From a virus, in IMG/VR virus record IMGVR_UViG_3300017774_005745, positions 32,001-96,000 of that record: 64,000 bases of DNA; one strand, 5' to 3'. Made by a program: the position numbers and the translations under genes. Shown piece after piece: positions 52,457 to 61,452 of this stretch. The first letter of the stretch is position 1; each line of letters begins with the position of its first letter. The notes under the pieces were generated by a model. The model saw nothing but the letters and a program-made list of their open reading frames with translations. It was not told the DNA's origin and ran no database searches.

Positions 52457-53132
52457 CTTTGACGCGTTTGAACAGTTTTTCTTTTTCGGACTCCATTCCC
52501 TTGATGACTTCTTCGGCAGAGGTCGGGCTGCTGACCTTGGACCACATGAGGATGCACGTGCGCATGCGTACCCTGGCTGCGTCGATTTGTTTGTGAAGGA
52601 GCTGGTACTGGAGTGATTGGCTAAACCCATCGCGAGTCGACAGTCTCTTCAAGAACGCCATACAGAGCTTGAAGAATGGAACGTAGGGATTCAGAAGTCC
52701 GAGATGATTCCGGAGGCTTTCGAGTGCGACCTCATCCAGCCGCTCAAACACTTCCACCCATTGTCTCATCTCCTCGTCTACCCAGTCACTCTTGAGAAGA
52801 GAGAGCTCGACCTCTTTCATGAGAATGGCGGCATACTCGGCGTTTGGGCGGAGGGGGTCGGATTGGATGTCGAGCATCCTCCTCGCGACCATCATGTCCT
52901 GCTCAAGTTTCTCAACCCTCCGTAGCAACAGGAAGAAGTTCTTCCTATTGAAGGCGGGAAGGTCGACTCCAGTCTCAGCCGCCAACTGCTCGACATCTTC
53001 TTTCAGCAGTACTACCTTTCCGCTTTGGTTTGACTTTCGGAGATAACCCTGCTTGATATAGTTATGGATGGTGCGCTTCGAGCAGCCGAGGCGGTTCGCA
53101 GCTTCTTGAAATGAGTAGAAAAGGCTTCCCAC
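52446..53132 (-). CDS. MerR/excisionase-type helix-turn-helix DNA-binding protein
   Basis: YSFQEAANRLGCSKRTIHNYIKQGYL N-terminal wHTH, then a coiled coil and helical domain; GTG start with GGAGG RBS. Confidence 0.75.
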   Translation of the reverse strand: MGSLFYSFQEAANRLGCSKRTIHNYIKQGYLRKSNQSGKVVLLKEDVEQLAAETGVDLPAFNRKNFFLLLRRVEKLEQDMMVARRMLDIQSDPLRPNAEYAAILMKEVELSLLKSDWVDEEMRQWVEVFERLDEVALESLRNHLGLLNPYVPFFKLCMAFLKRLSTRDGFSQSLQYQLLHKQIDAARVRMRTCILMWSKVSSPTSAEEVIKGMESEKEKLFKRVKANT

Positions 53133-53187
53133 GTATCCTCCAGAATTTTACCCTCAAGGTAACCACTACTTTTAGGAGCTCACCGCA

Positions 53188-54291
53188 ATGGACGATTTTA
53201 CTAATTATCTCATGAGCGGAAAAAGCCACGCCAAGCTCTCTCCTGAAATGCTTGAGATGATGGGCAAAGAAGCTGCCACGATGTTCCTCAAAGATAGTAT
53301 CCCTCTCAATGAGGGTATTTCAAAACTCGCTGCCCAGCACGACTCTATCTCTCCAGAACAAGTGAAGCGAGTTGTGGAGTTTGCGAATACTGCTGTTTAC
53401 CTGGCGAAGCATGACCAGAGCAAGGCGTCTGGCTCTGAGCACAGCTACCCTCAGTTTGACCTGGCAGATGCTGGCCGGGTGATTCAAGATTTGTCTGATG
53501 GCGCACGTTCTACTGTGGTAACAGAGACCGACATCGACTACAACAGACAAATCAAGAAGACGAAGGTCTCTTCACCAGAGACAGAACGAGCTCTCTCCGA
53601 GCTTTTCAAGGTTGCTGAAGTTGAAAAGGAATACAGCAAAGAAACGATTGTTCACGAGGTCATGTCCGCAAAGGAGACTCTCTCTTCCCTGAGAGATAAC
53701 CTGATGGACAGGTACAACCAACATGAGGCCCTCTTCAAGGAAGCGGCGGCTGAGTTCTACGACGTGCTCAAGCGTCAGATTCTTGATGGAGGCTCCTTCG
53801 GCGAGGCTTACGCTGCAACCGAGACTATAACTGGCGACGAGACCAAGAAGCTTTTGGAGCCTGTTGTCCAGCGTCTTATTCAGGAGAAGGTTGCTTCTGT
53901 CTCGCAGCTAAAGAAGCAGCTCGCCGAGGGGGAAAAGTTTGCTCATAGCTTGGTTGATACAAGCCACCCTCTCATTCAGTCTTACTCGGCCATGATCATG
54001 TCCGGTGAAGAACTGAGAAGCACCATTGTTGCGTTGGATGAAGTGCAGGATGAGTTGAAGGATGTGAATGACTTCATCAAGAATGCATTCGCCCCTGCGG
54101 TGATGGCAGCAGGTAGAGGTCTCCTTGCTGCGGGGTCCGGCTTGCTGAGAGCGAAGACGCTTGGTGGGTCGATCGCAAGAGGGGCAGTCGGTGAAATGCG
54201 GAAGAATCCCGTCTCCACCGTTGCCAACGTGGCCGCCATGGTTCCCAAGAAGCAGCCAGCACCGGTTCCCCCTACTAACGTAGGAGGATAA
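53188..54291 (+). CDS. Putative head morphogenesis / internal protein
   Basis: 367 aa, AGGAG RBS; KVSS, KVAE, KVAS and KNAF motifs; first gene of the capsid operon. Confidence 0.5.
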   Translation: MDDFTNYLMSGKSHAKLSPEMLEMMGKEAATMFLKDSIPLNEGISKLAAQHDSISPEQVKRVVEFANTAVYLAKHDQSKASGSEHSYPQFDLADAGRVIQDLSDGARSTVVTETDIDYNRQIKKTKVSSPETERALSELFKVAEVEKEYSKETIVHEVMSAKETLSSLRDNLMDRYNQHEALFKEAAAEFYDVLKRQILDGGSFGEAYAATETITGDETKKLLEPVVQRLIQEKVASVSQLKKQLAEGEKFAHSLVDTSHPLIQSYSAMIMSGEELRSTIVALDEVQDELKDVNDFIKNAFAPAVMAAGRGLLAAGSGLLRAKTLGGSIARGAVGEMRKNPVSTVANVAAMVPKKQPAPVPPTNVGG

Positions 54292-54292
54292 A

Positions 54293-54709
54293 ATGCTCCA
54301 GAAGCGATTGCTGAAGCTCTCTTCAGTGTCACAGGCACTTCGCAAGCTTGCTGCTCGTGGGATGGGAAATCTTGCGGCAGTCGAGCGACAGGCGACCTTT
54401 AAGAACTTACAGAGCAATGCAGCCGCAGAGCACGCGGCCACTAAGGCAGCCCCAACTCCAGCCCCTACCCCAGTACAAACGAAATCGGCCCCAGTAGCTG
54501 CTGCATCGAAGGCGGCTCCTGCCGCAAAGCCAGGAGTGATGGGTCGAATCGCAGACCACTTCGGGAAGCAAGTAGGTAAACACGGAGTTCTCCCCGTCGC
54601 TGCTTCTGTTGCTGGTGGAGCGATGCTCGCATCCGGTGCAGCCAAAGTTCCGTCAAACTACCGAAAGTTTAAAGCTGGGTTTAGGCCAGAAAATCACCCA
54701 TACCACTGA
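54293..54709 (+). CDS. Basic Ala/Lys/Pro-rich putative internal virion protein
   Basis: LLKLSS and LRKLAA at the N-terminus; hydrophobic G/A helix near the C-terminus. Confidence 0.5.
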   Translation: MLQKRLLKLSSVSQALRKLAARGMGNLAAVERQATFKNLQSNAAAEHAATKAAPTPAPTPVQTKSAPVAAASKAAPAAKPGVMGRIADHFGKQVGKHGVLPVAASVAGGAMLASGAAKVPSNYRKFKAGFRPENHPYH

Positions 54710-55380
54710 TGGAGTATACTGTGAGCCACGAAGATATTCTAAGAGAAGTAAGTGAGTATGAGCCCGAGCTCATGGATAAGACAGCTCAGGCTATTGCCCT
54801 GACCTCTAAACTCTACCCTGCCTTCGCTCCTGGCATCTTCGAGGACTTTGAAGTCATCCTTGGGACAGTCGAGGAGAAGACTGCGAGTATTGCAGATTTG
54901 GCGAAGAAGGTCCCAGAGGGAGCGAAGAGAGTTGGATTGGCTCTCGGAGCTACGGCGGGTGCTGCTCTTATGAGTGCGCTTGCGACGGACCTCTATGATG
55001 CGGCTCGTAGAGGTATCTCCAAGGGGAGTAACTTCAAACGAATCATGGAAGCCAACCCTACTCTGAAGAAGGAAGTCGACAGTAAGAAACTCACGATGGC
55101 TTTCAACGCCATTCACCGTTTCGCTCCAGACTTCACTGCGGACCCGATGGTCGGTGGGGCTCTCCTTCGACAGGTTGCAGACCTTCCTGAGATGAGCGTG
55201 AAGATGATGCAGGACCTCATCTCCTCTCAATCATCTCTCAATAACGCGAAGTCGAAGCACTTCCAGGAACTGGCCAAGCTCCCCACTCTGCTCGCAAAGA
55301 CGGAGAAAATGGACGTTGGCGCACTCGGTGAAGCGACTTATAAGGCCATGGTAAACGCTCGTAAGCGCAACACGCCGTAA
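54709..55380 (+). CDS. Putative head-associated protein
   Basis: MDKTAQ and EEKTAS motifs followed by a G/A-rich helix (VGLALGATAGAALMSALA). Confidence 0.5.
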   Translation: MEYTVSHEDILREVSEYEPELMDKTAQAIALTSKLYPAFAPGIFEDFEVILGTVEEKTASIADLAKKVPEGAKRVGLALGATAGAALMSALATDLYDAARRGISKGSNFKRIMEANPTLKKEVDSKKLTMAFNAIHRFAPDFTADPMVGGALLRQVADLPEMSVKMMQDLISSQSSLNNAKSKHFQELAKLPTLLAKTEKMDVGALGEATYKAMVNARKRNTP

Positions 55381-55389
55381 GAGGCCCAG

Positions 55390-56970
55390 ATGGATAAGCA
55401 AATCCAGTTCTACGGTCAGACCGAGTCAGGCATCTTCTGCCAGTCTCTCTTTGGTTCCTACGGGACCTTTGAGAAGCAGGCAGGTGCTCCTCCGTTTGCT
55501 GACTGGGATACTGGAGATGCTCTTCGCAAGTACCTCAGCAAGCTTTCGAAGGAAGATAGAAAGAGCAACATCTACGTACTGGTGAATGCGCTTGGAGCTG
55601 GTGAGTACTTCGGCTCGAACATCAATTCCGATTACTTTCCTTGGAATGCCCTATCCCACGAAGGCAACGACTACGGGTTCAAGACGTTCGAGACCTTCGC
55701 CCACGCCTACCAGCACCACAAGAACAAGGACCCGACCCGAGCTTTCGGAGTGCCTGTTCTTTCTGTTCTGAATCACCCAATGAAGAGAGTCGAGCTCATC
55801 GTTCGACTCAACCGAGTCAAAGCAAAAGAAGAGCAAGCAGACGGTATCATCACTCGCATCGAGGGTGGTGAGTTTCCGGACGTATCGATGGGATGCAAGG
55901 TCCCATTTGACGTCTGCTCTATCTGCGGTCAGAAGTCGAAGACGCGGTTCGATTACTGCCAGCACATGATGCCTCCTGCTGAGCTCAGGAGCGTCTATGG
56001 GCCAAACAAGATTCTCCCAGATGGTCGTAGAATCTACGTCATCAACACACAGCCTAAGTTCTTCGACATCAGCTTCGTCTTCATCGGCGCTGACAAAACC
56101 GCTAAGGTCATGGCAAAGGTCGCTTCAAAGGGTGACTTGATTTGCCTGGGAGATGTTTGTGCTGTTCCTTCTCTCTCAACTCACGTACAAGAGGTCACTT
56201 CAGGTGACCCTGTTTCTGTCGCTGGAATGTTCAAAGCTGCTTCAGGAACGTGTGCTTGCGGGTGTGGGACCTGCGACCCATTCGAGAAGCTCGCCGAAGG
56301 ATTCGAAGTAAAGACCAGTGAGATTCTGAAACAAGTCCCTGCTGGTCACTTCACGAAGACGGTTCTTCCTGCCATTGAGGCTTCGGAACCAGACCTGGGA
56401 ACGGACTCTCTGGATGAGATGGCCGAGGGTCATTCGTTGAAGGACATCGTTGGCAATACCATGGGTCTTGGTATCGTCCTAAAGCCCCACGAGTTCCAGC
56501 GAATCGTTCTTATCCGTATGGGTGAAAAGGACCTGGCAAATGAGCTTGATTCAACTAACAGTGTCTTTAGACGAGTCGAAGGTGTCAATCCATTGCTCGA
56601 CACCGACCCATCTCTGGATGGCTCCAAACTCATCGACCTGCTCAAGTCCTTTATCTCTTCTCGTTCCGGACTTGGAGAGCCGCTCAAGCTCCGGTCAGCT
56701 CGTCCAGCGATAAATAAAATCCCTCTTCCCACTCGTAAATCAATCGAACATCCTATCTTAGACAAGGTCAGTGCTGCCTATAACGGTTATAGGCAGAATC
56801 TTTTGACGAAACTTTCAAAGGTTGAAGCAGTGGTTCAGAGCGACCCGAAGTTGAGAGCACAAATCGAGGGACGAACATTGTCGAGTCTGTTTGATAAGAC
56901 TTCTTCGCTCTCCTCTATCCTGACTCCCGATTCTGTGATGTACTTGAAGGGCGCATACACTGAGAGGTAA
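55390..56970 (+). CDS. Capsid maturation (prohead) protease
   Basis: DVSMGCKVPFDVCSICG (catalytic-Ser-like VSMG, 55879-55893) and FFDISFVFIGAD blocks of assemblin/HK97-type proteases; lies upstream of scaffold-like genes and MCP. Confidence 0.75.
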   Translation: MDKQIQFYGQTESGIFCQSLFGSYGTFEKQAGAPPFADWDTGDALRKYLSKLSKEDRKSNIYVLVNALGAGEYFGSNINSDYFPWNALSHEGNDYGFKTFETFAHAYQHHKNKDPTRAFGVPVLSVLNHPMKRVELIVRLNRVKAKEEQADGIITRIEGGEFPDVSMGCKVPFDVCSICGQKSKTRFDYCQHMMPPAELRSVYGPNKILPDGRRIYVINTQPKFFDISFVFIGADKTAKVMAKVASKGDLICLGDVCAVPSLSTHVQEVTSGDPVSVAGMFKAASGTCACGCGTCDPFEKLAEGFEVKTSEILKQVPAGHFTKTVLPAIEASEPDLGTDSLDEMAEGHSLKDIVGNTMGLGIVLKPHEFQRIVLIRMGEKDLANELDSTNSVFRRVEGVNPLLDTDPSLDGSKLIDLLKSFISSRSGLGEPLKLRSARPAINKIPLPTRKSIEHPILDKVSAAYNGYRQNLLTKLSKVEAVVQSDPKLRAQIEGRTLSSLFDKTSSLSSILTPDSVMYLKGAYTER

Positions 56971-57082
56971 CTTCAACCACGCAGCATAAGTGCAGACGAT
57001 AGAATGTCTGATTTCACAGCCTAGAGGCAACAGCCTCAAAGACGGCAAAAACCAAACTCGTAACACTCGGAGAAAAACACAA

Positions 57083-57892
57083 ATGGATCCACGTCTCGCT
57101 GAAATCTATGGAAATGGCGCTGAAGAAACCCAAGACGCAGAGAAGCTGGCCACTGCTGAGCTCGCTGAGAAGCTTGCCGCAGATGAGTCGGTGAACCTTG
57201 AGGGAATGTCATCTGACGACCTTGAGGCCCTCGCTCAGGAAGTCCTTGCCTCTGGTGCAGAGACTGAAGAGCCTGCCGCTGAGGAGCCTGCCGCAGAAGA
57301 GCAGTCTGAAGAGACCGAAGAGACCCAGGACAAGGAAGCCTCTGAGAAGCTTGCAGAAGCTGACTACCTCGGCCGCGTGATGGCTCACTCGTACGTCAAG
57401 GAGCTTCGCGAGATTGAGAAGACTGCTGGTAAGATGGGAGACTTGGCCAGGAAGGCAGGCGGCCACGTCAAGCGCCACGCTTCCGATGTTAAGGAAGGCT
57501 TTAAGGACCTCGCGCACATGGCGAGAAGCCCTCGTCAAGCAGCCAGCGCAGCCAAGGAGAGCATCAAGTCTCAGGGCGTGAAGGGAACTCTCAAGGGTAA
57601 CAAGAATGCTCTGAAGGCCCTCGGAGCAACCGGAACTGCTGCTGCAGGTGGTGCGTACAAGATGAAGAGCAAGAAGTCGTCCGAGACGTCTGCTCTCGAC
57701 ACCCTCGCAGCTCAGCGCGCTCTTGAGATTCTCGAAGAGAACGGCATTGACCTGAACGAGGAGACTGAGGAGAAGACTGCCTCGCCTGCCGACGTTCTTG
57801 CAGCCGCTGTTCAGGCTCGTGCAGTTGAGCTCTTGCAGGAAGAGGGCTACGAGTTCGAAGAGTCGGATGCCGAGACCGAAGAGGCTGAGTAA
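57083..57892 (+). CDS. Acidic scaffold-like protein with an embedded basic module
   Basis: GGAG RBS before ATG 57083; E/A-rich helices; EKLA (three times), KEAS, EKTAG, KKSS and EKTAS motifs. Confidence 0.6.
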   Translation: MDPRLAEIYGNGAEETQDAEKLATAELAEKLAADESVNLEGMSSDDLEALAQEVLASGAETEEPAAEEPAAEEQSEETEETQDKEASEKLAEADYLGRVMAHSYVKELREIEKTAGKMGDLARKAGGHVKRHASDVKEGFKDLAHMARSPRQAASAAKESIKSQGVKGTLKGNKNALKALGATGTAAAGGAYKMKSKKSSETSALDTLAAQRALEILEENGIDLNEETEEKTASPADVLAAAVQARAVELLQEEGYEFEESDAETEEAE

Positions 57893-57897
57893 TTTCT

Positions 57898-57931
57898 ACT
57901 CATGGGGGAGGGGAAACTCTCCCCCATGAGT
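57898..57931 (+). promoter_or_regulatory. 15-bp GAAA-tetraloop hairpin occluding the SD and start codon
   Basis: ACTCATGGGGGAGGG-GAAA-CTCTCCCCCATGAGT, with one G-U pair. Confidence 0.65.
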
Positions 57932-58219
57932 TCATTCAGGAGACGTTCTGTGGGTTCCAATAACAAGTCCAAGCTGAGTTTGGGAGTGTTACTGGGATTC
58001 TCAGATGAGCTCCAAAAGATTGCAATGAGCCCAATTGGGCCATCGACGGTTGGGGAAGTGACAAAGGTAGTATCCCGCAAGGGAACGTCACTATCGACAA
58101 AACAACCAAAGTATAGCAAAGTCCCAAAAGATCTGACCCCACCAGCATCTCCAGTAGACTTCGCTCAGAGTTCTAAAGCAGTTCAACCGCCCCCTGTAAC
58201 GATGCTTAGGGGAGATTAG
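57926..58219 (+). CDS. Small basic protein with FSDELQKIA motif
   Basis: Start 57926 or 57902, both inside the hairpin; shares the DELxKIA motif with other head-region ORFs. Confidence 0.55.
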   Translation: MSSFRRRSVGSNNKSKLSLGVLLGFSDELQKIAMSPIGPSTVGEVTKVVSRKGTSLSTKQPKYSKVPKDLTPPASPVDFAQSSKAVQPPPVTMLRGD

Positions 58220-58228
58220 TCGGAGACC

Positions 58229-59296
58229 ATGATGCACACAAAGCTTGCAGGTCAAGTCTCTCTGCACGAAATGATTTCAAGCGTGATTTCTGACGCTCAA
58301 GTCAAGCTCGCAGCAGAGGGCGATGAGAAGAAGATGGAGAAGAAGGTTCCCCCTTTCATGATGAAGAAGAAGGACTCAAAGAAGGAGGACGAGGAGAAGG
58401 AGAAGAAGTCCTCTGCCGACTTCGATTCTTCTGACATCGAGAAGCTCGCATCTGCTCTTGAGCAGGTCGGTGAGAAGATTGCTGCTGACGCTTCGTATCT
58501 CGGAACCGAGAAGAAGCAAGGCGGAGAGACTCTCGCTACGATGGCGATGGTTGGCGGCAAGCAGCCATACAAGCACGACAAGTCCAAGGCGCATAACGTG
58601 CCGATGCACACGCCAGAGCAGAAGGCAGAAGTCGGTGCCTCTACTCAAGTGCAGAATGACCACGCCAAGGCCCCAGGTGGAGCGGCATACCCAGCAAAGG
58701 GTGTCCTCAAGACTGCGGCTGAAGGCGTGATGGCCAAGATTCAAGCTCTCAAGAAGGGCAATGAGGGCGAGAAGAAGGAAGAGAAGAAAGAGGACAAGAA
58801 GGAGGAGCCCAAGAAGGAAGAGGCCAAGGAGAAGAAGTCGGCCGCTCTTGAGTTCATCCTGAACAAGATGTCTGAGGCAAAGGGCGGTGGTGAGGTCCTT
58901 ACCGATGACACTGTGAAGACCTCCCCTCCCTCCGACTCAAAGGGCGGTAACAACGTCCGTGGTCCCCTTGAATCGAACATGGGTGCCATCAACATGAAGA
59001 AGGTCGATGGAAAGGGCCCTCAGAAGAAGATGCTTTCTGAGGTTCTGACTGAGCCTGCGTACTCGAAGGCCCACGACTCAAAGGTTCATGAGAATCTGCG
59101 GAACGCCTCCAAGGGTGGCGTGAAGATCGCAGCAGCAAAGGCACTCCTTCAGAAGATTGCCGAGGATGAGAAAGATCCTCGTCATGAGCAACTGAAGAAG
59201 TCGCTTGAGAAGAAGAAGTTGGAGAAGAAGAGTATGGGTGCCGGTCCAGCAATGGGTGCTGGAATGTCGCCTCCGAAGCCAATGGGAATGATGTAA
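58229..59296 (+). CDS. Lys/Glu-rich scaffold-like protein
   Basis: 355 aa with about 10 K-x-A/S motifs (KLAG, KLAA, KSSA, KLAS, KIAA twice, KTAA, KSAA, KMSE, KIAE). Confidence 0.55.
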   Translation: MMHTKLAGQVSLHEMISSVISDAQVKLAAEGDEKKMEKKVPPFMMKKKDSKKEDEEKEKKSSADFDSSDIEKLASALEQVGEKIAADASYLGTEKKQGGETLATMAMVGGKQPYKHDKSKAHNVPMHTPEQKAEVGASTQVQNDHAKAPGGAAYPAKGVLKTAAEGVMAKIQALKKGNEGEKKEEKKEDKKEEPKKEEAKEKKSAALEFILNKMSEAKGGGEVLTDDTVKTSPPSDSKGGNNVRGPLESNMGAINMKKVDGKGPQKKMLSEVLTEPAYSKAHDSKVHENLRNASKGGVKIAAAKALLQKIAEDEKDPRHEQLKKSLEKKKLEKKSMGAGPAMGAGMSPPKPMGMM

Positions 59297-59315
59297 GGGA
59301 AAGGAGCCAACCAAC

Positions 59316-59678
59316 ATGGAAAAGCTAAGCAACGTTCAAGTCGGTGAGATGATGAAGCTGGCTGCCGGTTCGCTCCGTTCTCTTGCAGAAGAGAACCAGC
59401 AACTGAAGGAGAAGGTGGCAGCCTTCGAACACAGAGAGCGCGTGGAGAAGATTGCTTCTCAGATGGAAGAGAAGAGCCTCAACACCGACCTCTCGTACGA
59501 AGAGAAGATTGCCTCCCTCATGCGCAAGGACAACCTTGATGCAGTTGAAGAGGCAATTGGAATGTCTGCCCCTCAAACGAAGCTGGCGTCGATTTCTGAC
59601 TCTGGCAACGTTGTAGTTGAGGGTTCTGGAAATACTGCGGAAGATAGCTTCGCAGCTTCACTCGTTGGACTCGACTAA
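59316..59678 (+). CDS. Small coiled-coil scaffold-like protein
   Basis: AAGGAG RBS; EKLS, MKLAA, EKVAA, EKIAS and TKLAS in 120 aa. Confidence 0.6.
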   Translation: MEKLSNVQVGEMMKLAAGSLRSLAEENQQLKEKVAAFEHRERVEKIASQMEEKSLNTDLSYEEKIASLMRKDNLDAVEEAIGMSAPQTKLASISDSGNVVVEGSGNTAEDSFAASLVGLD

Positions 59679-59717
59679 CTCGCTCTACCAACACAAAACA
59701 CCTAACGGAGAATACAC

Positions 59718-60206
59718 ATGCCAGCCCCTCTTTTTGAACTTGTTTCTGAGTTGCAGACCCTTCACCGCCGCGACTTCCCTGTTGCGGATGAGACGATTCT
59801 TTCCCCTCTGACCGTTCGTCCGCTTGTCGAAGGCGAATGGCTTGAACTGAACTCTTCGTACCAGCTTGCTCGCGGTGGCGACAACAACGCGGGAACTGCA
59901 GACGAAGCAACCCAGTTCAACGTGTTCCCTGTTCACACTGAGCGTGGTCGTTACGACGTTCAGGCTGTCAAGAAGGTCAACGTCCTCATGTTTGGTATGT
60001 ATGAGGCAGAGACCCAGATTGTGAATACAACCTCACTCGTAGTTGGTTCCGCCTTGACCGTTCAAGACATCACTGTAGGTGGAATTGTTCGTCGTGGTCT
60101 TGCGCTGACTGGTGCGACTGCCAGCCGTATCTTCGTTGGATACGTTTCACGAGTCATCAGCTCCACGAAGATTCGTTTCGTCCACATGACCAACGTCAAG
60201 GCGTAA
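59718..60206 (+). CDS. Head decoration / cement protein candidate
   Basis: 162-aa beta-rich ORF immediately upstream of MCP; GGAG RBS. Confidence 0.5.
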   Translation: MPAPLFELVSELQTLHRRDFPVADETILSPLTVRPLVEGEWLELNSSYQLARGGDNNAGTADEATQFNVFPVHTERGRYDVQAVKKVNVLMFGMYEAETQIVNTTSLVVGSALTVQDITVGGIVRRGLALTGATASRIFVGYVSRVISSTKIRFVHMTNVKA

Positions 60207-60236
60207 TAACTAACTAACTAGAAACGGAGAAAACAC

Positions 60237-61361
60237 ATGAGTGCCGTCCCAGCAAAAGTAATGAACGATCTCTTCTTCGAAAAGATCGCAACGACCGAAG
60301 GCAAGGAGAAGATTGCCGAGTTCGGTGGAACGTACATCCGAGACCGTCTGCGTGAGGTTTCGTTTGCCCGCAAGATTCTCCCACCGCAGCCCGTGCAGCG
60401 CACCGAGTGCCAGCGTTCAGTGAACCACGACACCCTGGTGAAGATCATCGACATCGAGCCAAACTCGAAGGCCGTTGCTCTTACCTTCCGTGGCCAGCCA
60501 ACCGCTCGCTTCATCCGCGCTCCTCGTTTCGAGATTCCGTTCTTCACGATCTCGTCCGAGAAGTTTGAGAAGACGGAGCAGGAACTGCTCGCCTACGAGA
60601 TGCCCATCACCAAGATCATCGAAGAGAACTCGGTGAAGGACATCCAGGAAATCGAAGACCGTCAGTTCTTGACGTTCATCGAGGCGGCTGTTCAGGCGTA
60701 CCAGCTTGATGCAAACGGCAACGTTGCCACTGCATTCAACGCCACCAACGTCATCGCGAACTCGGTTGTTGGTGCCTCTGTGGTCAAGGGTGAAGGTACC
60801 CTGGCTGCTGGTGCAAACGACTTCGTCATCTACCCAATCCTCAAGCCGGACTTCGTGAAGCTCAAGAAGCTCCTGCACCGCCGTCGCCTGCGTGCGAACC
60901 AGATGGTCATGACCGAGCCGGATTATGACGACTTGACCAACTGGACCATCCAGGATGTTGGTATGACCATCGCTGGCGAGACTGCCACTGAGGGTTGGAA
61001 GGCCAACACGGTTGTCGGTCTGAAGATCATCCGCACCATCAAGACGGACCTCCTCCGCGAAGGTAACGTCTACTGCTTCACCGCTCCTGAGTTCATGGGC
61101 CGCTTCTACATCCTGAACCAGACCAAGTTCTACATCGACAAGATTGCGAACTTGATCACCTGGCAGTCGTGGGAAGACATCGCAATCGGTATCGGTAACA
61201 TCGCATCGATTGTGAAGCTGGAGCTCTTCGGAGGTTCAGTGACCCCAGGCGCGACGGATGTTGGTTTCGCGAACCTGTTGCCGAAGGCTGAGACTGACCT
61301 CTTCGCCATCAACAACCGCGCTGACGACGGTCTTACTGTCCCAGCCGTTGACCAGTTCTAA
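60237..61361 (+). CDS. Major capsid protein (HK97 fold)
   Basis: 374 aa; strongly C-ending codon bias; IRDRLREVSFARKILPPQPV N-arm; followed by a strong terminator; position after protease and scaffold genes. Confidence 0.8.
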   Translation: MSAVPAKVMNDLFFEKIATTEGKEKIAEFGGTYIRDRLREVSFARKILPPQPVQRTECQRSVNHDTLVKIIDIEPNSKAVALTFRGQPTARFIRAPRFEIPFFTISSEKFEKTEQELLAYEMPITKIIEENSVKDIQEIEDRQFLTFIEAAVQAYQLDANGNVATAFNATNVIANSVVGASVVKGEGTLAAGANDFVIYPILKPDFVKLKKLLHRRRLRANQMVMTEPDYDDLTNWTIQDVGMTIAGETATEGWKANTVVGLKIIRTIKTDLLREGNVYCFTAPEFMGRFYILNQTKFYIDKIANLITWQSWEDIAIGIGNIASIVKLELFGGSVTPGATDVGFANLLPKAETDLFAINNRADDGLTVPAVDQF

Positions 61362-61385
61362 TCAACGCTGAATCTGGTATACCTA

Positions 61386-61421
61386 GGGAGGAGGAGATTT
61401 TCTCCTCCTCCCTTTGTCTTT
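61386..61421 (+). terminator. Intrinsic terminator after MCP
   Basis: GGGAGGAGGAGA-TTT-TCTCCTCCTCCC followed by TTTGTCTTT. Confidence 0.85.
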
Positions 61422-61452
61422 AAAAACCCCTACCTTCTGAACGGAGAGTACA

